Assembly (NCBI GenBank): GCA_965644315.1
Contig: CBFFRQ010000043.1
Coordinates: 682,001 to 746,000 of the forward strand
From: Caecitellus pseudoparvulus
Taxonomy: Eukaryota > Protista > Bigyra: Bicosoecida
Length of the DNA: 64,000 nt
Reading direction: 5' to 3'
In this document: in pieces, positions 1 to 10,222 of the stretch
How the letters are laid out: each line of letters opens with the position of its first letter
How positions within the stretch are numbered: the stretch's first letter is position 1
Translations under genes and position numbers: made by a program
Notes under the pieces: model-generated
Seen by the model: the letters and a program-made list of their open reading frames with translations, nothing else
Databases searched by the model: none
What the model was told of the DNA's origin: nothing

Positions 1-547
1 GGCGGGTGTGTCGCTTAGCGGCCCCACGCCACCCCCTTCTCAGGCGGCCCTGCGCCAGGAAGCCATCGACGCAGCCAGCCAGACCCTGGAGGAGGTGGGT
101 CTGACACCAGGCGGGGGGCTGGACACGCCCCCCTCCCTGCTGGAGGCAGAGGAGGCCGCCTACGCCTTCCACCGCCTTGTGGCCGCCAAGCTGCAGAGCC
201 GGCCCCGAAGGCCTGGCGCTGCCTTGGACCCCCGCACCTTGTTGAGCGAGGAGGAGCGGAAGGTGGCTGAGCTGCGGGCAGAGGCCAACAGGCACCGCTC
301 GCGCATCCTGTCCTACAGCTCCACGCACGCGGAGCTGAACAGGGCCTGGGGCATCGTCGTCACGCCGCCCCCTGTGCTGACGCAGACGCCCTCGGCCGCT
401 GCCGCGCCCCAGCCGGCACCGGCACCGGCACCGCCCACCTCGACGCACACCGTCAACCCCGGCTCAGTGGAGCTGCGGGCAGCACTGCTGCAGCAGCAGA
501 TGCGGGCAGGTGCTCACGCGCCTGCCCTCCACCCGCCTGGCCACTGA
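1..547 (+). CDS. 3' part of an unknown protein (starts upstream of the window)
   Basis: Open frame with GC3-rich codon usage to TGA at 545-547. No ATG start seen and no family recognised. Confidence 0.5.
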   Translation, partial: AGVSLSGPTPPPSQAALRQEAIDAASQTLEEVGLTPGGGLDTPPSLLEAEEAAYAFHRLVAAKLQSRPRRPGAALDPRTLLSEEERKVAELRAEANRHRSRILSYSSTHAELNRAWGIVVTPPPVLTQTPSAAAAPQPAPAPAPPTSTHTVNPGSVELRAALLQQQMRAGAHAPALHPPGH

Positions 548-1607
548 CGCCCTCGGTGGCTGAGGGCGGACTCTGCGCTGCTTGCCGCAGAGCGGGGCCC
601 AGGGCCAGCAGGAGGCTCTGCAGGCCGTAGGCGGGTCCAAAGGCCATGTCGTGCCAGTAGTTCACGGCGATGGTGGGGCCCACCTGGGTCACCTGGTGGT
701 ACCAGCCAGCAGGCAGGTACAGCACCTCCCCAGCCCGCACATGCACTGTGACGGGGTGGGTGTGCGCAGGCCAATTACCGCCCTCTGCGCAGCTGCCCAG
801 CACACCCACATCAATCCAAGACACATGTACACCGCTCTCCTCGCCTTGCGCCACATACCATGTGCCGTCTGCACGGCGACGGTACTGCCCCGCCGGCACA
901 CTGCGCTCCGGCAGCCATGGTGCGTCTCCAGGCGGGAGGAGGGTGAAAACTTTGCAGCCAGTGACGACCGCATACAGGTTTTCGTACGGGTCCTTGTGCA
1001 GGGTGCTGGTGGAGGCGCCAGTGCCTACCCACAAGTTGATGGCGTCTGGGTCATTGCCAAAGGCTACCCCGCCGATGTCCAGGCGCGCGTCAATGTCAGG
1101 GAGGAGGAAGGGGAACTCCTTCCGCAGGCAGTCGTCCTGGGCAGACAAGTACACGATTTGCGTGCCTGGAGAAGGAGCGTCGCCTTGCGTGCCGATGGCT
1201 TCCAGCGCCTGCGCCAGCGGCATCTGGGAGACTTCTGGCGTGGCGAAGGTGCTGCAGGGGCCGGCGCTGCTCAGTTCGCAGGCGCCCGAGGCGTCAGGTT
1301 CGCCTGTGGACACGATGGCATCAGCCAGGCCATTCGGAGTCGTGTTCACAGACACGGTGTGCTCTCCAAACTCAGCAGCCAGCGCCTGCAGGGACCAGCG
1401 CTGCAGGGCGGGCCAGTGGTCAATCACGCCTGTGAGCACTGCTGGCCGGTTCATCGCGACGTGCTGCCGCATGAAGTGCAGCATGCCATCTGCAGAGCTT
1501 GTATCAATACGTGGCACCGCTTTCATGGCTGAGAAGCTGCCCACAAAGTCCTCCAAGGCCTCCAAGGCGCCGCCAAGCTCGGCGCCTTGCTGCGGAAATT
1601 GCGCCAT
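453..1607 (-). CDS. JMJD7: JmjC-domain hydroxylase JMJD7-like
   Basis: Motifs NRPAVLTGVIDHWPAL, PDAINLWVG, TSTLHKDPYENLY (HxD), LYLPAGWYHQV (distal His), IAVNYWHDM. Start uncertain (ATG at 1607 or 1646). Confidence 0.85.
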   Translation of the reverse strand: MAQFPQQGAELGGALEALEDFVGSFSAMKAVPRIDTSSADGMLHFMRQHVAMNRPAVLTGVIDHWPALQRWSLQALAAEFGEHTVSVNTTPNGLADAIVSTGEPDASGACELSSAGPCSTFATPEVSQMPLAQALEAIGTQGDAPSPGTQIVYLSAQDDCLRKEFPFLLPDIDARLDIGGVAFGNDPDAINLWVGTGASTSTLHKDPYENLYAVVTGCKVFTLLPPGDAPWLPERSVPAGQYRRRADGTWYVAQGEESGVHVSWIDVGVLGSCAEGGNWPAHTHPVTVHVRAGEVLYLPAGWYHQVTQVGPTIAVNYWHDMAFGPAYGLQSLLLALGPALRQAAQSPPSATEGVSGQAGGGQAREHLPASAAAAVLPAAPLSRG

Positions 1608-1970
1608 GCCCACCCCTTTCACTCTGGCATGCTCATCGTGCAGCATATGCAGCAAACAGGCTTGACAAGTATGGTGCAAGGTTTGTTAGCAAAGTGAGGG
1701 GCGGAAATTTACAGCGCAGCCATGAGCCCTGCAGCGCTGTGGGCCGGGGCAGCTCGGTTTACCCCGCTTTGCTGGCGGGCCTGCACCGTGCAGCACAGTG
1801 AACGCAACGAAGACGGCCCACCAAAACACCACCCCCCCATGTGAATGCACGCTGAGGAAGGAGCGCTGCACTGCATCGGACCCACCTGCTGCGCTTGCAC
1901 TGCTCAGCAGTGCCCCTGCAGCAAGCTGCCTGCAAGGTGAACTGCACCACCCTTTTGACTGCACGTCAAG

Positions 1971-3678
1971 ATGTCGGCAGCGCCCCCTGCACCCGGGCCA
2001 CCCAGTGGTCCTCGGCCAGCTACTGTGAGTTTCTGCTTGGTAAACGTCAAGCAGCGCGCCCTGGCGGCTTGGCGCGCCCTGCGTTGGTGCCTGTCGACGT
2101 GCGCGGCGGCATTTGGTGCAATGTCACATCGCTGTGCCACCCCACGCGCAGAGCGGCACGGACGACACAGTGGCAGAGTTGGCAGCAGTGCTGCAGAACC
2201 CTGATGCTGCTGGCTTGGGCAGCGACCCCGCCACGCGGCAGATTTTCGAAGAACTCACGCGCAGCCTGGCCAGCATGTACCAAGGCAGCGGCGGTGACAC
2301 TGGTGCTGCCAGTCCCCGCCCAGCCAACCCGCCTCCTGCGCCCCCTGGGCACCCTGGTGGCGCAAGCGCGCCCCCAGCACCCACCGAGCAGAGCCTCGGT
2401 GCTGTTCACTCTGACGAGGGCAGCGAGGGCGCGTACTACGACGGCGAGGATGGGGAGGAAGGCGAGTTCTACTCGGACGAGGAGGGGGAGTTCTACCCCT
2501 CCGTCCGGGAGATGATGGGCAACCGGCCCCTGCCCGTGGACCTGTGGAAGGCAGCCCACGAGACGGGGGAGATGCCCAAGCAGCCCCGCAAGCTGTCCCA
2601 GGGCGAGTGGGGGCAGCTGGTGGAGCGCCTGAACGACAGCAGCAAGGCCAAGCAGGCATACCTGCTGCAGGCGCAGCACCGGCAGATCGCCGACGAGCTG
2701 TCGGGGCTCACCTTCACGCCCCACATCACCAAGAAGTCCCGGGAGCTGGCGGCGCACAACAAGGCCCTGCCTGAGCGCATGACGGCCCTCATGCGCCGCA
2801 AGGTGGCCAAGCTGGACAAGGTGCGCCACGAGCGGGCACAAGCAGAGCTGGCAGAGGCCACCTTCAAGCCCAACACCAACGTGGGCAAGCGCCGCAGCTC
2901 CCGCCGGCGCGTGGGGCACCTCATGCAGTACGAAATCGAGCGCCGCATCCGGCAGAGCCAGCGGCGGCAGATCCTGGAGGAGGTGGAGGACCGGGAGCTC
3001 ACCTTTTCGCCCCAAATCAACCCGAACTCCATGCGCATCGTGAAGCGCCTCACGCGCGAGCGCATCAGCAAGGCAGACGAGGCGCGCCAGCTGCTGGCCA
3101 AGGGGGACGAGGCCGGCGCCGCCGAGGCCGCGGCCGCTTCCCTCGGCAAGACCACCGCCCGCGCCATCGAGCGTGAGCAGGCCGCCGTGGCCGCCTCCGC
3201 CCTGGAGCAGGTGGAGCGGCAGGTGGCCAAGGGCAAGCTCAAGCGCATCCCCCTGGGCCCCTACGGCCTGACCATGCTGCCGGGGCACGAGGAGGAGCGC
3301 TTCCAGCCCAAGGTGAACCCTCGCAGCCAGCAGGTGGCGCCCAAACACCAGGGGCGCAACGTGTACGAGCGACTGTACGGCCACGCCGAGGAGCAGGTGC
3401 GCAAGAAGCGCGCCAGCCGCGGCAAGCACTCGCGGGCCTTCGCCGGCTCAGCCGTAGACGTGGAGGGCGGCGTGGAGATGGGCGTGACGGGGGAGGGGGA
3501 GGACTTTGCCAGCACCAGCGAGCGCAAGGTGACGGCGGACGGCGTGCCTCTGCGCAACACGGCCGACCACGTCAACGTCGTGCCTTATGCGCCCAAGTGG
3601 GACTTCATTGTGCGCACCGTCGTGGCTATCGCAGACGAAATGGGCTCAACTATGGGCGGCTCGCAGAGCCTTGGCTGA
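1971..3678 (+). CDS. Uncharacterised coiled-coil protein with four (L/A)TFxPxI/T-type repeats
   Basis: Exon 1 1971-2024, GT-AG intron 2025-2151, in-frame exon 2 to 3678. Repeats LTFTPHITKKS, ATFKPNTN, LTFSPQINPNS, RFQPKVNPRS, plus VYERLY. Confidence 0.75.
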
Positions 3679-3815
3679 GGCAGCAGCCCCGGCCCGCCAG
3701 CGTGTCTGTGCGTGCACCGTTCCAATGTACCCTTTGCAACAAAACACACACTCGCATGAATACATCAAGATGCTGGCATGCGTATCCTCGGCTCGTGCAT
3801 GCTTCGGCGACCGGC

Positions 3816-5011
3816 ATGGCAGCGCTTTGGCAGCCCCTGGTCTGGGCACTGGCGTTGGCGTGGTGCACTGCAGCCGCGTCTGGTCCAGCTCCGGTCAAGT
3901 ACAAGGGCCTCACCTTCACCAACGACAAGTACTGCAACATCAGCTTCCAGAGTGAGGCTGCATTGACTTCCCTGCAACGTCTTGCCTCCACCGGTGCTTC
4001 CCACGTTGCGCTTGTCGTCACTCAGTATCAAGTGGGTCGCCGCCGCTCGTCAAGCCGCCTGCCGCTGCTGTGCACCTCTGCGCGCTCCCCTGCGGTTCAC
4101 AGGTGGCAGCCAACACAACGAGCGTCTTCCCTGTCCAGGAGCCTATTCATGGCGGGTACTACACCTACACAACGGCCAGTGACGCGGCCCTAGTGCAAGC
4201 CATCCGTCGGTCTCACGCGCTGGGTCTGCAGGTCATGCTGAAGCCTCAGGTGGACCTGCTCAACGACGCAAGCCACTGGAGGGGGGACATTGGCTACTCC
4301 TTCAACGCATCGGACTGGGAGGCCTGGTTTGACAGCTACTCCACCATGCTGCTGCACTATGCGTCGCTGGCAGAAGGCAACGGCGTGGAGGTGCTGGCGG
4401 TGTCCACAGAGCTCATCACAGCGTGCGTGCAGGGGCCAGAGAGCAGCTGGCGGGGGTTGATCAAGCAAGTGCGCAGTGTCTTCTCTGGCACCGTCACGAA
4501 CGCCGCCAACTGGGGCTGGCTGGATTCCCGGGGCGGGCAGGCCACCAACATGACGTGGTGGGACGCAGTGGACTTCATCGGCATCGACGCGTATTACGAC
4601 CTCAACACCACCGCCAACTCCACCCTGCCGGAGCTGGTGCAGGCATGGGCTCCCGTCATCACCCGGCTGCAGAACCTCACGCAGTACTGGAGCATGCCTG
4701 TGGCCTTCACCGAAATCGGCTACTGCTCCACAGACTGCAAGCGCAGCGGCCCGCCCGTGACGGCAGCGGACTTGGCCTTTCAGGCACAGCGCTATGAGGC
4801 AGCGCTGGCCGCTTTCGAGCCGTACTACACTTCCTGGTTCCATGGTATGTTCTGGTGGGCGTGGAGCACGGACCCGGGCAGCGGCGGAGCGGGGGACAGG
4901 TGCATCACGCCTGCGTACAAGCCAGCAGAGGGCATCCTGCGGGAGTTCTGGGGTGCCGACCCTGACCCGGGGCAGCCACCTGTGCCCCCCACCTGCCCCT
5001 GCACTGTGTGA
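3816..5011 (+). CDS. Secreted glycoside hydrolase family 113 (beta-mannanase-like TIM barrel)
   Basis: Signal peptide MAALWQPLVWALALAWCTAAA; phase-0 intron 4032-4102; motifs VMLKPQVD, WRGDI, STEL (acid/base Glu), AANW, WWDAVDFIGIDAYY, FTEIGY (nucleophile Glu), GMFWW. Confidence 0.8.
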
Positions 5012-5229
5012 GCAGCTGGCCGGCGTCGGACTGGCCCGAGACTTGATGCTGCTGTGTCAATGTGGGGGCATGTGCGAGTCCGCGCAGAGTTTACCACATG
5101 GCACATTCTTGTCACTGTCTACATACCCACTGTTTCCGGCTTGACAGCTTTGCACCTTCCAGAGAGCTTCTGAGCAGCCCGCTTGGCTGCGAGTTCGCCA
5201 GCAACGCTGCCGAAACGCCGGCGTGTAGA

Positions 5230-6505
5230 ATGTACCGCGGAGCGCCACGATGGGGCCGGGAGGCCCGCGGGCGTGGGCGGGGCATTGACCCCTTTGTGCT
5301 CATGATGTTCGCACAGCTTGCAGCGCAAATCAACAACCTGCCTGTGAAGCCACCCTTGACGCTGGCGTTGATGGTGCGAGCCACTTGGGGCAAGCGCCCT
5401 TCCACGTCCTCACCCCAGACCCGCCCGTCGCACGCAGGGCTTGCAAGTGCTTATCCACTACTCCCCCATGTCGCTTGGTGTCGTGGTGGACCTGCAGCGC
5501 CAGTGCTTGAACCCCGCCGCCATGGTGCTGAGGCGGCAGTGGTTCCGAGGCCTCGCCTCGCCCTTCCTGCACGGCGACGACTGGCACCTGTACTACAACA
5601 TGGCCAGCCTGCTGTGGAAAGGCGTGCAGATCGAACCACACATGGGACCACTGTCCTTCGGCATCATGGTGGCATTCCTCACCGTGGTAAGCCAGGCGCT
5701 GTACATTGCCGTGGGGTGGCTGGCTCTCACCGGCGCGGGATATAGCGGCATTTGGTCCAGCTGTGCCGTCGGCTTCTCCGGTGTCCTGTTCGGACTGAAG
5801 GCCATCCTGAACGCGCACAGCCCGACGGAGACGGTCGTGTGGGGTTGGCGTCTGCCCACTAAGTACGCCGCCTGGGCCGAGCTGCTGCTCATCCAGCTGG
5901 TGACTCCCCATGCCTCCTTCACGGGGCACCTGTGCGGCATCCTGGCAGGCCTCCTGTACTTGGTGGTGGAGCCCACCCTTCGCCAGGTGCTGATTGAGTC
6001 GGGCATTGGGGGGGACGCCTTGCGAGGTGGGGCGGCGGCGGACATCCCGCAAGGGGGCGGCGCACCTGGCCCTGCACGGGGGCTGGGCATGGGCATGGGT
6101 GGTGGCATGGGAGGTGCATTCCACCCTGTGTGGGGCGGCGGCATGGGCCGCCTCCGGCACGGGCTGCGGGGTGGGGGGGGGCTCTTCGGGCCGTTCATGG
6201 GGGGGCTGTTCGGGGGCGGCGGCATGGGGGGGGCTCGCCCCCCTCCAGCCCCCGTCCAGCACCAGGGCCCTGCAGGGCCAGGCGCCTGGCGCGGCTCCCA
6301 CGCCGGCCAAGCAGGCACTGGCACAGCAGGCGAAGGGGGGGGCTCCTCGCCTGCGTCGTATGCGGCCCAGCGCGAGGCGCGGCGGCGAGCTGGTGGGCAG
6401 GCGTTCAAGGAGCGCCGGGCCGCCAGCCAGAGCGTGCCTCTGAGCGACGCCGAGCTGGCTGCGCAGTTGCAGGCGGAGGAGGATGCAGCTGCGGGGCTGG
6501 GGTGA
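5230..6505 (+). CDS. RHBDD1: Rhomboid protease RHBDD1/RHBDL4-like
   Basis: Intron 5374-5437. Motifs PFLHGDDWHLYYNMASLLWKG, CAVGFSGVLF (catalytic Ser), WAEL, ASFTGHLCGIL (catalytic His). Gly-rich tail ends in UIM-like SDAELAAQLQAEE. Confidence 0.88.
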
Positions 6506-6511
6506 GCGCCC

Positions 6512-8035
6512 TCACCACCAGCCCATGCGGGTGGGGGGAGTGTACCTGACCGCCGCCCCGGGCTGGCCCTGCTGTGAGAAGAAGGCCAGCAGCAGCACGA
6601 CGACGAGGAGGATGACGAGGCCCTGGGCTGCGTTGGGCTTGGCCAGGGCCTGCCCTGCCCCTCGCAGCCACGCCTCTGGCCCGCGGCAGAAGCGCAGGAC
6701 AGCCGTGGAGGGGATGTGCCCGAGTGGGGGGACGAGGCCCCCGGACTCTGGAGCGGCGTCCACATCCGATGCCTCCACGTGTGACGCCAGGAAGGTGTGC
6801 ATCTGCTGCAGGCGGGCGAGGGTGGAGGTGCCGGTCAGGGCAGCGGAGGCCTCCCCCGGTGGCAGGGCCAGGACTGCGGCGAGGTAGAAGGAGAGGGAGG
6901 TGGGGGAGGCGGGCACTGCGCCATGCAGCCGAGTCAGCGCTGCGGCGTTGTGTGGGCCCAGCTGCGACGCCAAGTCCCGCGCCGTGGCCTGCAGCACCGC
7001 CGTGTAGGCTTGGGCGAGTGCTGTGGGGGAGGGGGCGTCCCTGGCGGCCCCAGCACCCTCGTCGTCGTCGTCGGCTGGGTGCGGCATGGCCTGCTCCACC
7101 CTCCTCACGACATCCGCAGCAAGAGGCACATCCGTCAGCTCCTCTGTGCTGGCCTCCAGCAAGCCGTATGCCCCCTGCACTGGGCGTGGGGCGGCGGTGA
7201 GCAGCAGGCGGCCCAGCGCCTTGCCCCGCAGCGCCAGGCGCCCACCAGGCATGGGTGCCAGGTCCTGGATCTGCACCAGCGCGCCAATGCACTGCTGTGC
7301 CTGCTGCTGTGGCGGCGGAGAGGTCACTGCGGGTGGGAAGATGGCGAAGAGGCGGTTGCCGGTGTTCACACGGTTCACCAGCTCCAAGTACCGTGGCTCG
7401 AACACCGTCAGATGCACGGCCTGTCCCGGGAACACCAGCATGTCCAGCAGGAACAAGGGCAGCGTGCGGGTGCTTTCCTCCGCCACCTCCTCCTGTGCCT
7501 CCTCTGCACGCTGGGCCGCCTCGGCTGGGAAGAGGGCCGTGGCGACGTTGGACAGCGCAAAGTTGGTCCCAAGGTCGGCCGCATCTAGAGCCACTGGCGC
7601 TCGGCACATGGGGCAGGCGCGGCCGCCAGGCCCACTCCGCGAGGCACGGCGGAAGCAGGCTCGGCAGAAGGAGTGCCCGCAAGGCAGCGTCACGGGCTCA
7701 CAGAAGAGGGACAGGCACAGCGGGCAGTCCAGAGCTTCCCGCGCTGCAGAGGGCACAGTTGCAGGGTGCACTTGCTGTTGATCCAGCGTCGCGCGCGGCT
7801 GTGGAGCGCTGCTCTCCGTGCTTGCACCGCTTGCTAACGTGGCAGGCGGGGTGGGGTGCAGCGTTTCGCGTCGAAACTCTGCTCCACCTGTCTCCCCCAT
7901 CTGCTCTTCACTGTCACCCCCAGCAGCTGCCGGCAGCCCTCCCTCCTCCCCACTAGCATGTCCCTCCTGGCGTCGCTCGAACGCAGCTGCAAGAAGCGCA
8001 GCCCGGGAGCGCCGCGCCTCGGCGCCGGTCTCCAT
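6512..8035 (-). CDS. LONRF: LON peptidase N-terminal domain and RING finger protein
   Basis: C3HC4 RING ([24 protein letters not shown]...CPMCR) followed by LON-N domain ([13 protein letters not shown]...LTVFEPRY). Hydrophobic C-terminal segment. ATG at 8035. Confidence 0.85.
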   Translation of the reverse strand: METGAEARRSRAALLAAAFERRQEGHASGEEGGLPAAAGGDSEEQMGETGGAEFRRETLHPTPPATLASGASTESSAPQPRATLDQQQVHPATVPSAAREALDCPLCLSLFCEPVTLPCGHSFCRACFRRASRSGPGGRACPMCRAPVALDAADLGTNFALSNVATALFPAEAAQRAEEAQEEVAEESTRTLPLFLLDMLVFPGQAVHLTVFEPRYLELVNRVNTGNRLFAIFPPAVTSPPPQQQAQQCIGALVQIQDLAPMPGGRLALRGKALGRLLLTAAPRPVQGAYGLLEASTEELTDVPLAADVVRRVEQAMPHPADDDDEGAGAARDAPSPTALAQAYTAVLQATARDLASQLGPHNAAALTRLHGAVPASPTSLSFYLAAVLALPPGEASAALTGTSTLARLQQMHTFLASHVEASDVDAAPESGGLVPPLGHIPSTAVLRFCRGPEAWLRGAGQALAKPNAAQGLVILLVVVLLLAFFSQQGQPGAAVRYTPPTRMGWW

Positions 8036-8159
8036 GTGGCAGGTGCGTGGGACTTGATGCTCGCGACGGCGTCCTGCGCTGATGTGCACTGCATTCATGC
8101 ACGCCTTGCTGCCAGGCTGCAGCATTTGCCCACGGCTTGCATTGTGGCGTGGTGGGCGT

Positions 8160-9714
8160 TTAGGGGATGACCAGGTCTGGGTTGCTGAGGATGTCGCGGG
8201 AGATGATGAGGCGCTGAATCTGGGAGGTGCCCTCGTAGATCTGGTAAATCTTGGCATCACTGCGAGGGGCGGCGAGTCGCGGGGCGTGCGTGTGGCGGGC
8301 GACGGCGGCGGGCGGCGGCGGTGGGGCACGCACCGCATGAGCTTCTCCATGCCGTACTCGACGTTGTAGCCGTTGCCGCCGAAGATCTGCACGGCGTCGG
8401 TGGTGACCTTCTGGCAGTGCTCGGAGGCGAAGGCCTTGGCCATGGACGCGACGTGGGTGTTGCGGTGGCCGTGGTCGGTGAGCCAGGCGCTCTTGTGGGT
8501 GAGCAGGCGCCCCGCCTCGATGCCGATGGCCATCTCGGCGATCATGAAGGACACCGCCTGGTGCATGGCGATAGGCTTGCCCATGGTCTTGCGCTGCAGG
8601 GAGTACGCCATGGCCTCCTCCATGGCGCGGCGGGCCAGGCCCACGGCGCCGGCAGCCACAGGCGGTCGGGTGAAGTCGAAGGCCTTCATGGCCACCTTGA
8701 AGCCCTCGCCCTCGGCGCCCAGGACGTTGGCGGCCGGCACGACGACGTCTTCAAAGGCGATGCCGCGGGTGTCGGAGCAGCGCTGGCCCATGTTGATTTC
8801 CTTCTTGCCCACGGTGATGCCGGGCGTGTCGCGGTCCACGATGAAGCCGGTGAAGGCGGAGCCTGTGCCGGCGTCGGGGTTGGTCTTGGCCAGCACGAAG
8901 TACCAGTTGGCCATGCCGCCGTTGGTGATCCACATCTTGTTGCCGTTGATGACCCAGTCGTCGCCCTTCTTCACGGCGGTCGTCTTGGCACCGGCGACGT
9001 CAGACCCCGCCCCGGGCTCCGTCACGCAGTACGCCGCCTGCAGCGGCTCCTCCGTCATGCGGCCCAGGTACTTGGTCTTCTGCTCGTCGGTGCCAGCCAC
9101 CAGCACGGGCGCCTCTGCCAGGCTGTTGGCCTCGATGGCCGTCATCATGCCTGTGCAGCCGTGCGCCAGCTCCTCGGCGATGATGCAGCCCTCCAGGCAG
9201 CCCAGGCCCAGGCCGCCGAACTTCTCAGGGATGTGCGTGTTCACCAAGCCCAACTCCCAGGCCTTGTTGAAGATCTCCGTGGGGTACTCTGGGCAGGCAC
9301 GGGCACAGCGCGTGCCAGCGGGCGACGCGGAGGCAAGTGCACTGCACCACCCGCCACTCACCCATGGTCTGGTCGTAGTGGGCGGCCTTGGGGGCCATCT
9401 CCTCCTTTGCAAACTTGCGGGCTGTGGCCTGCAGCTCCTTCTGCAGCTCCGACATCTGCAGGCGGCACGGGCACGCAGTGTGGGCCGCAGGCAGACTTGC
9501 AGCAGCGCAACAAAGTGGACACGCATATTTCCGCAGCATGCTTGCGTCATGACCCGCCCAACACTCGCACTGGAGCGCCCAGGCCGGGACATGGCAGAAG
9601 CACCGCAGAAAGGCAGGGCAGGGCACAATCACGCACCTCGAAGCCCATGGTGGACATGCACCGCGTGGCGGGGGCAGCAGCCCTGCTGGCGGTGATCGCA
9701 GCGCGAGCAAGCAT
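8160..9714 (-). CDS. ACADM: Mitochondrial medium-chain acyl-CoA dehydrogenase
   Basis: Exons 9714-9637, 9455-9362, 9288-8334, 8259-8160. Presequence [21 protein letters not shown]. Motifs [52 protein letters not shown]. Confidence 0.95.
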
Positions 9715-10222
9715 GATGAGGGCTAGAGAGGGGCTGCGCGAGGGGGGTAGCGAAGGGAGGGCTGTGATATCGAGGCCAGTCCACAGGGGCCCGGTTCGGC
9801 TCTGGCAGCAGCAGCGCCGCCATGGCGGCCAAGTTTCCTTGACAGCGGTGTGGGCAGGTAAAGCAAGGCAAAGGTGGGTACGCACATGCAGAGAGAATGA
9901 AGCAGGGGGTGCAAAATCGCCTGGAAGCGGTATGAACGCGCCGGAGATTCCAGTGAGGTGCTTTTGAAGTGGCTGAGAGCGGGGAAGTGCGGGACTGCGG
10001 TTGCGGAATTCGGCCCAGAACCTACTTCACGCCATGGCAGCAAAGACATGCAGGGTTGAAAACGTAAACTCGACTCAGTACCCCATACAATCACCAAGCG
10101 TCTGTCTGCGCACCGCTTTCCCCCCTCACAGCCCCCCCCCCCGCGACAAGGCAGCGCGTGGCCAACGTCCGAGCACGCCAAGGTGCACGCCGACGTGAAC
10201 AGGCCTGCCACGCCGACGCGAC

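Noticed and set aside
3816-5011. Bacterial contamination as the source of the GH113 and hslV genes
   Set aside because: GH113 has a spliceosomal intron, HslV has a mitochondrial presequence, and both are embedded among eukaryotic genes with matching composition.
6512-9628. Apparent 1038-aa ACADM-LONRF fusion ORF
   Set aside because: Artefact of reading through an intron. ACADM splices at 8334/8259 into another frame and stops at 8160, followed by AATGCA. LONRF has its own ATG at 8035.
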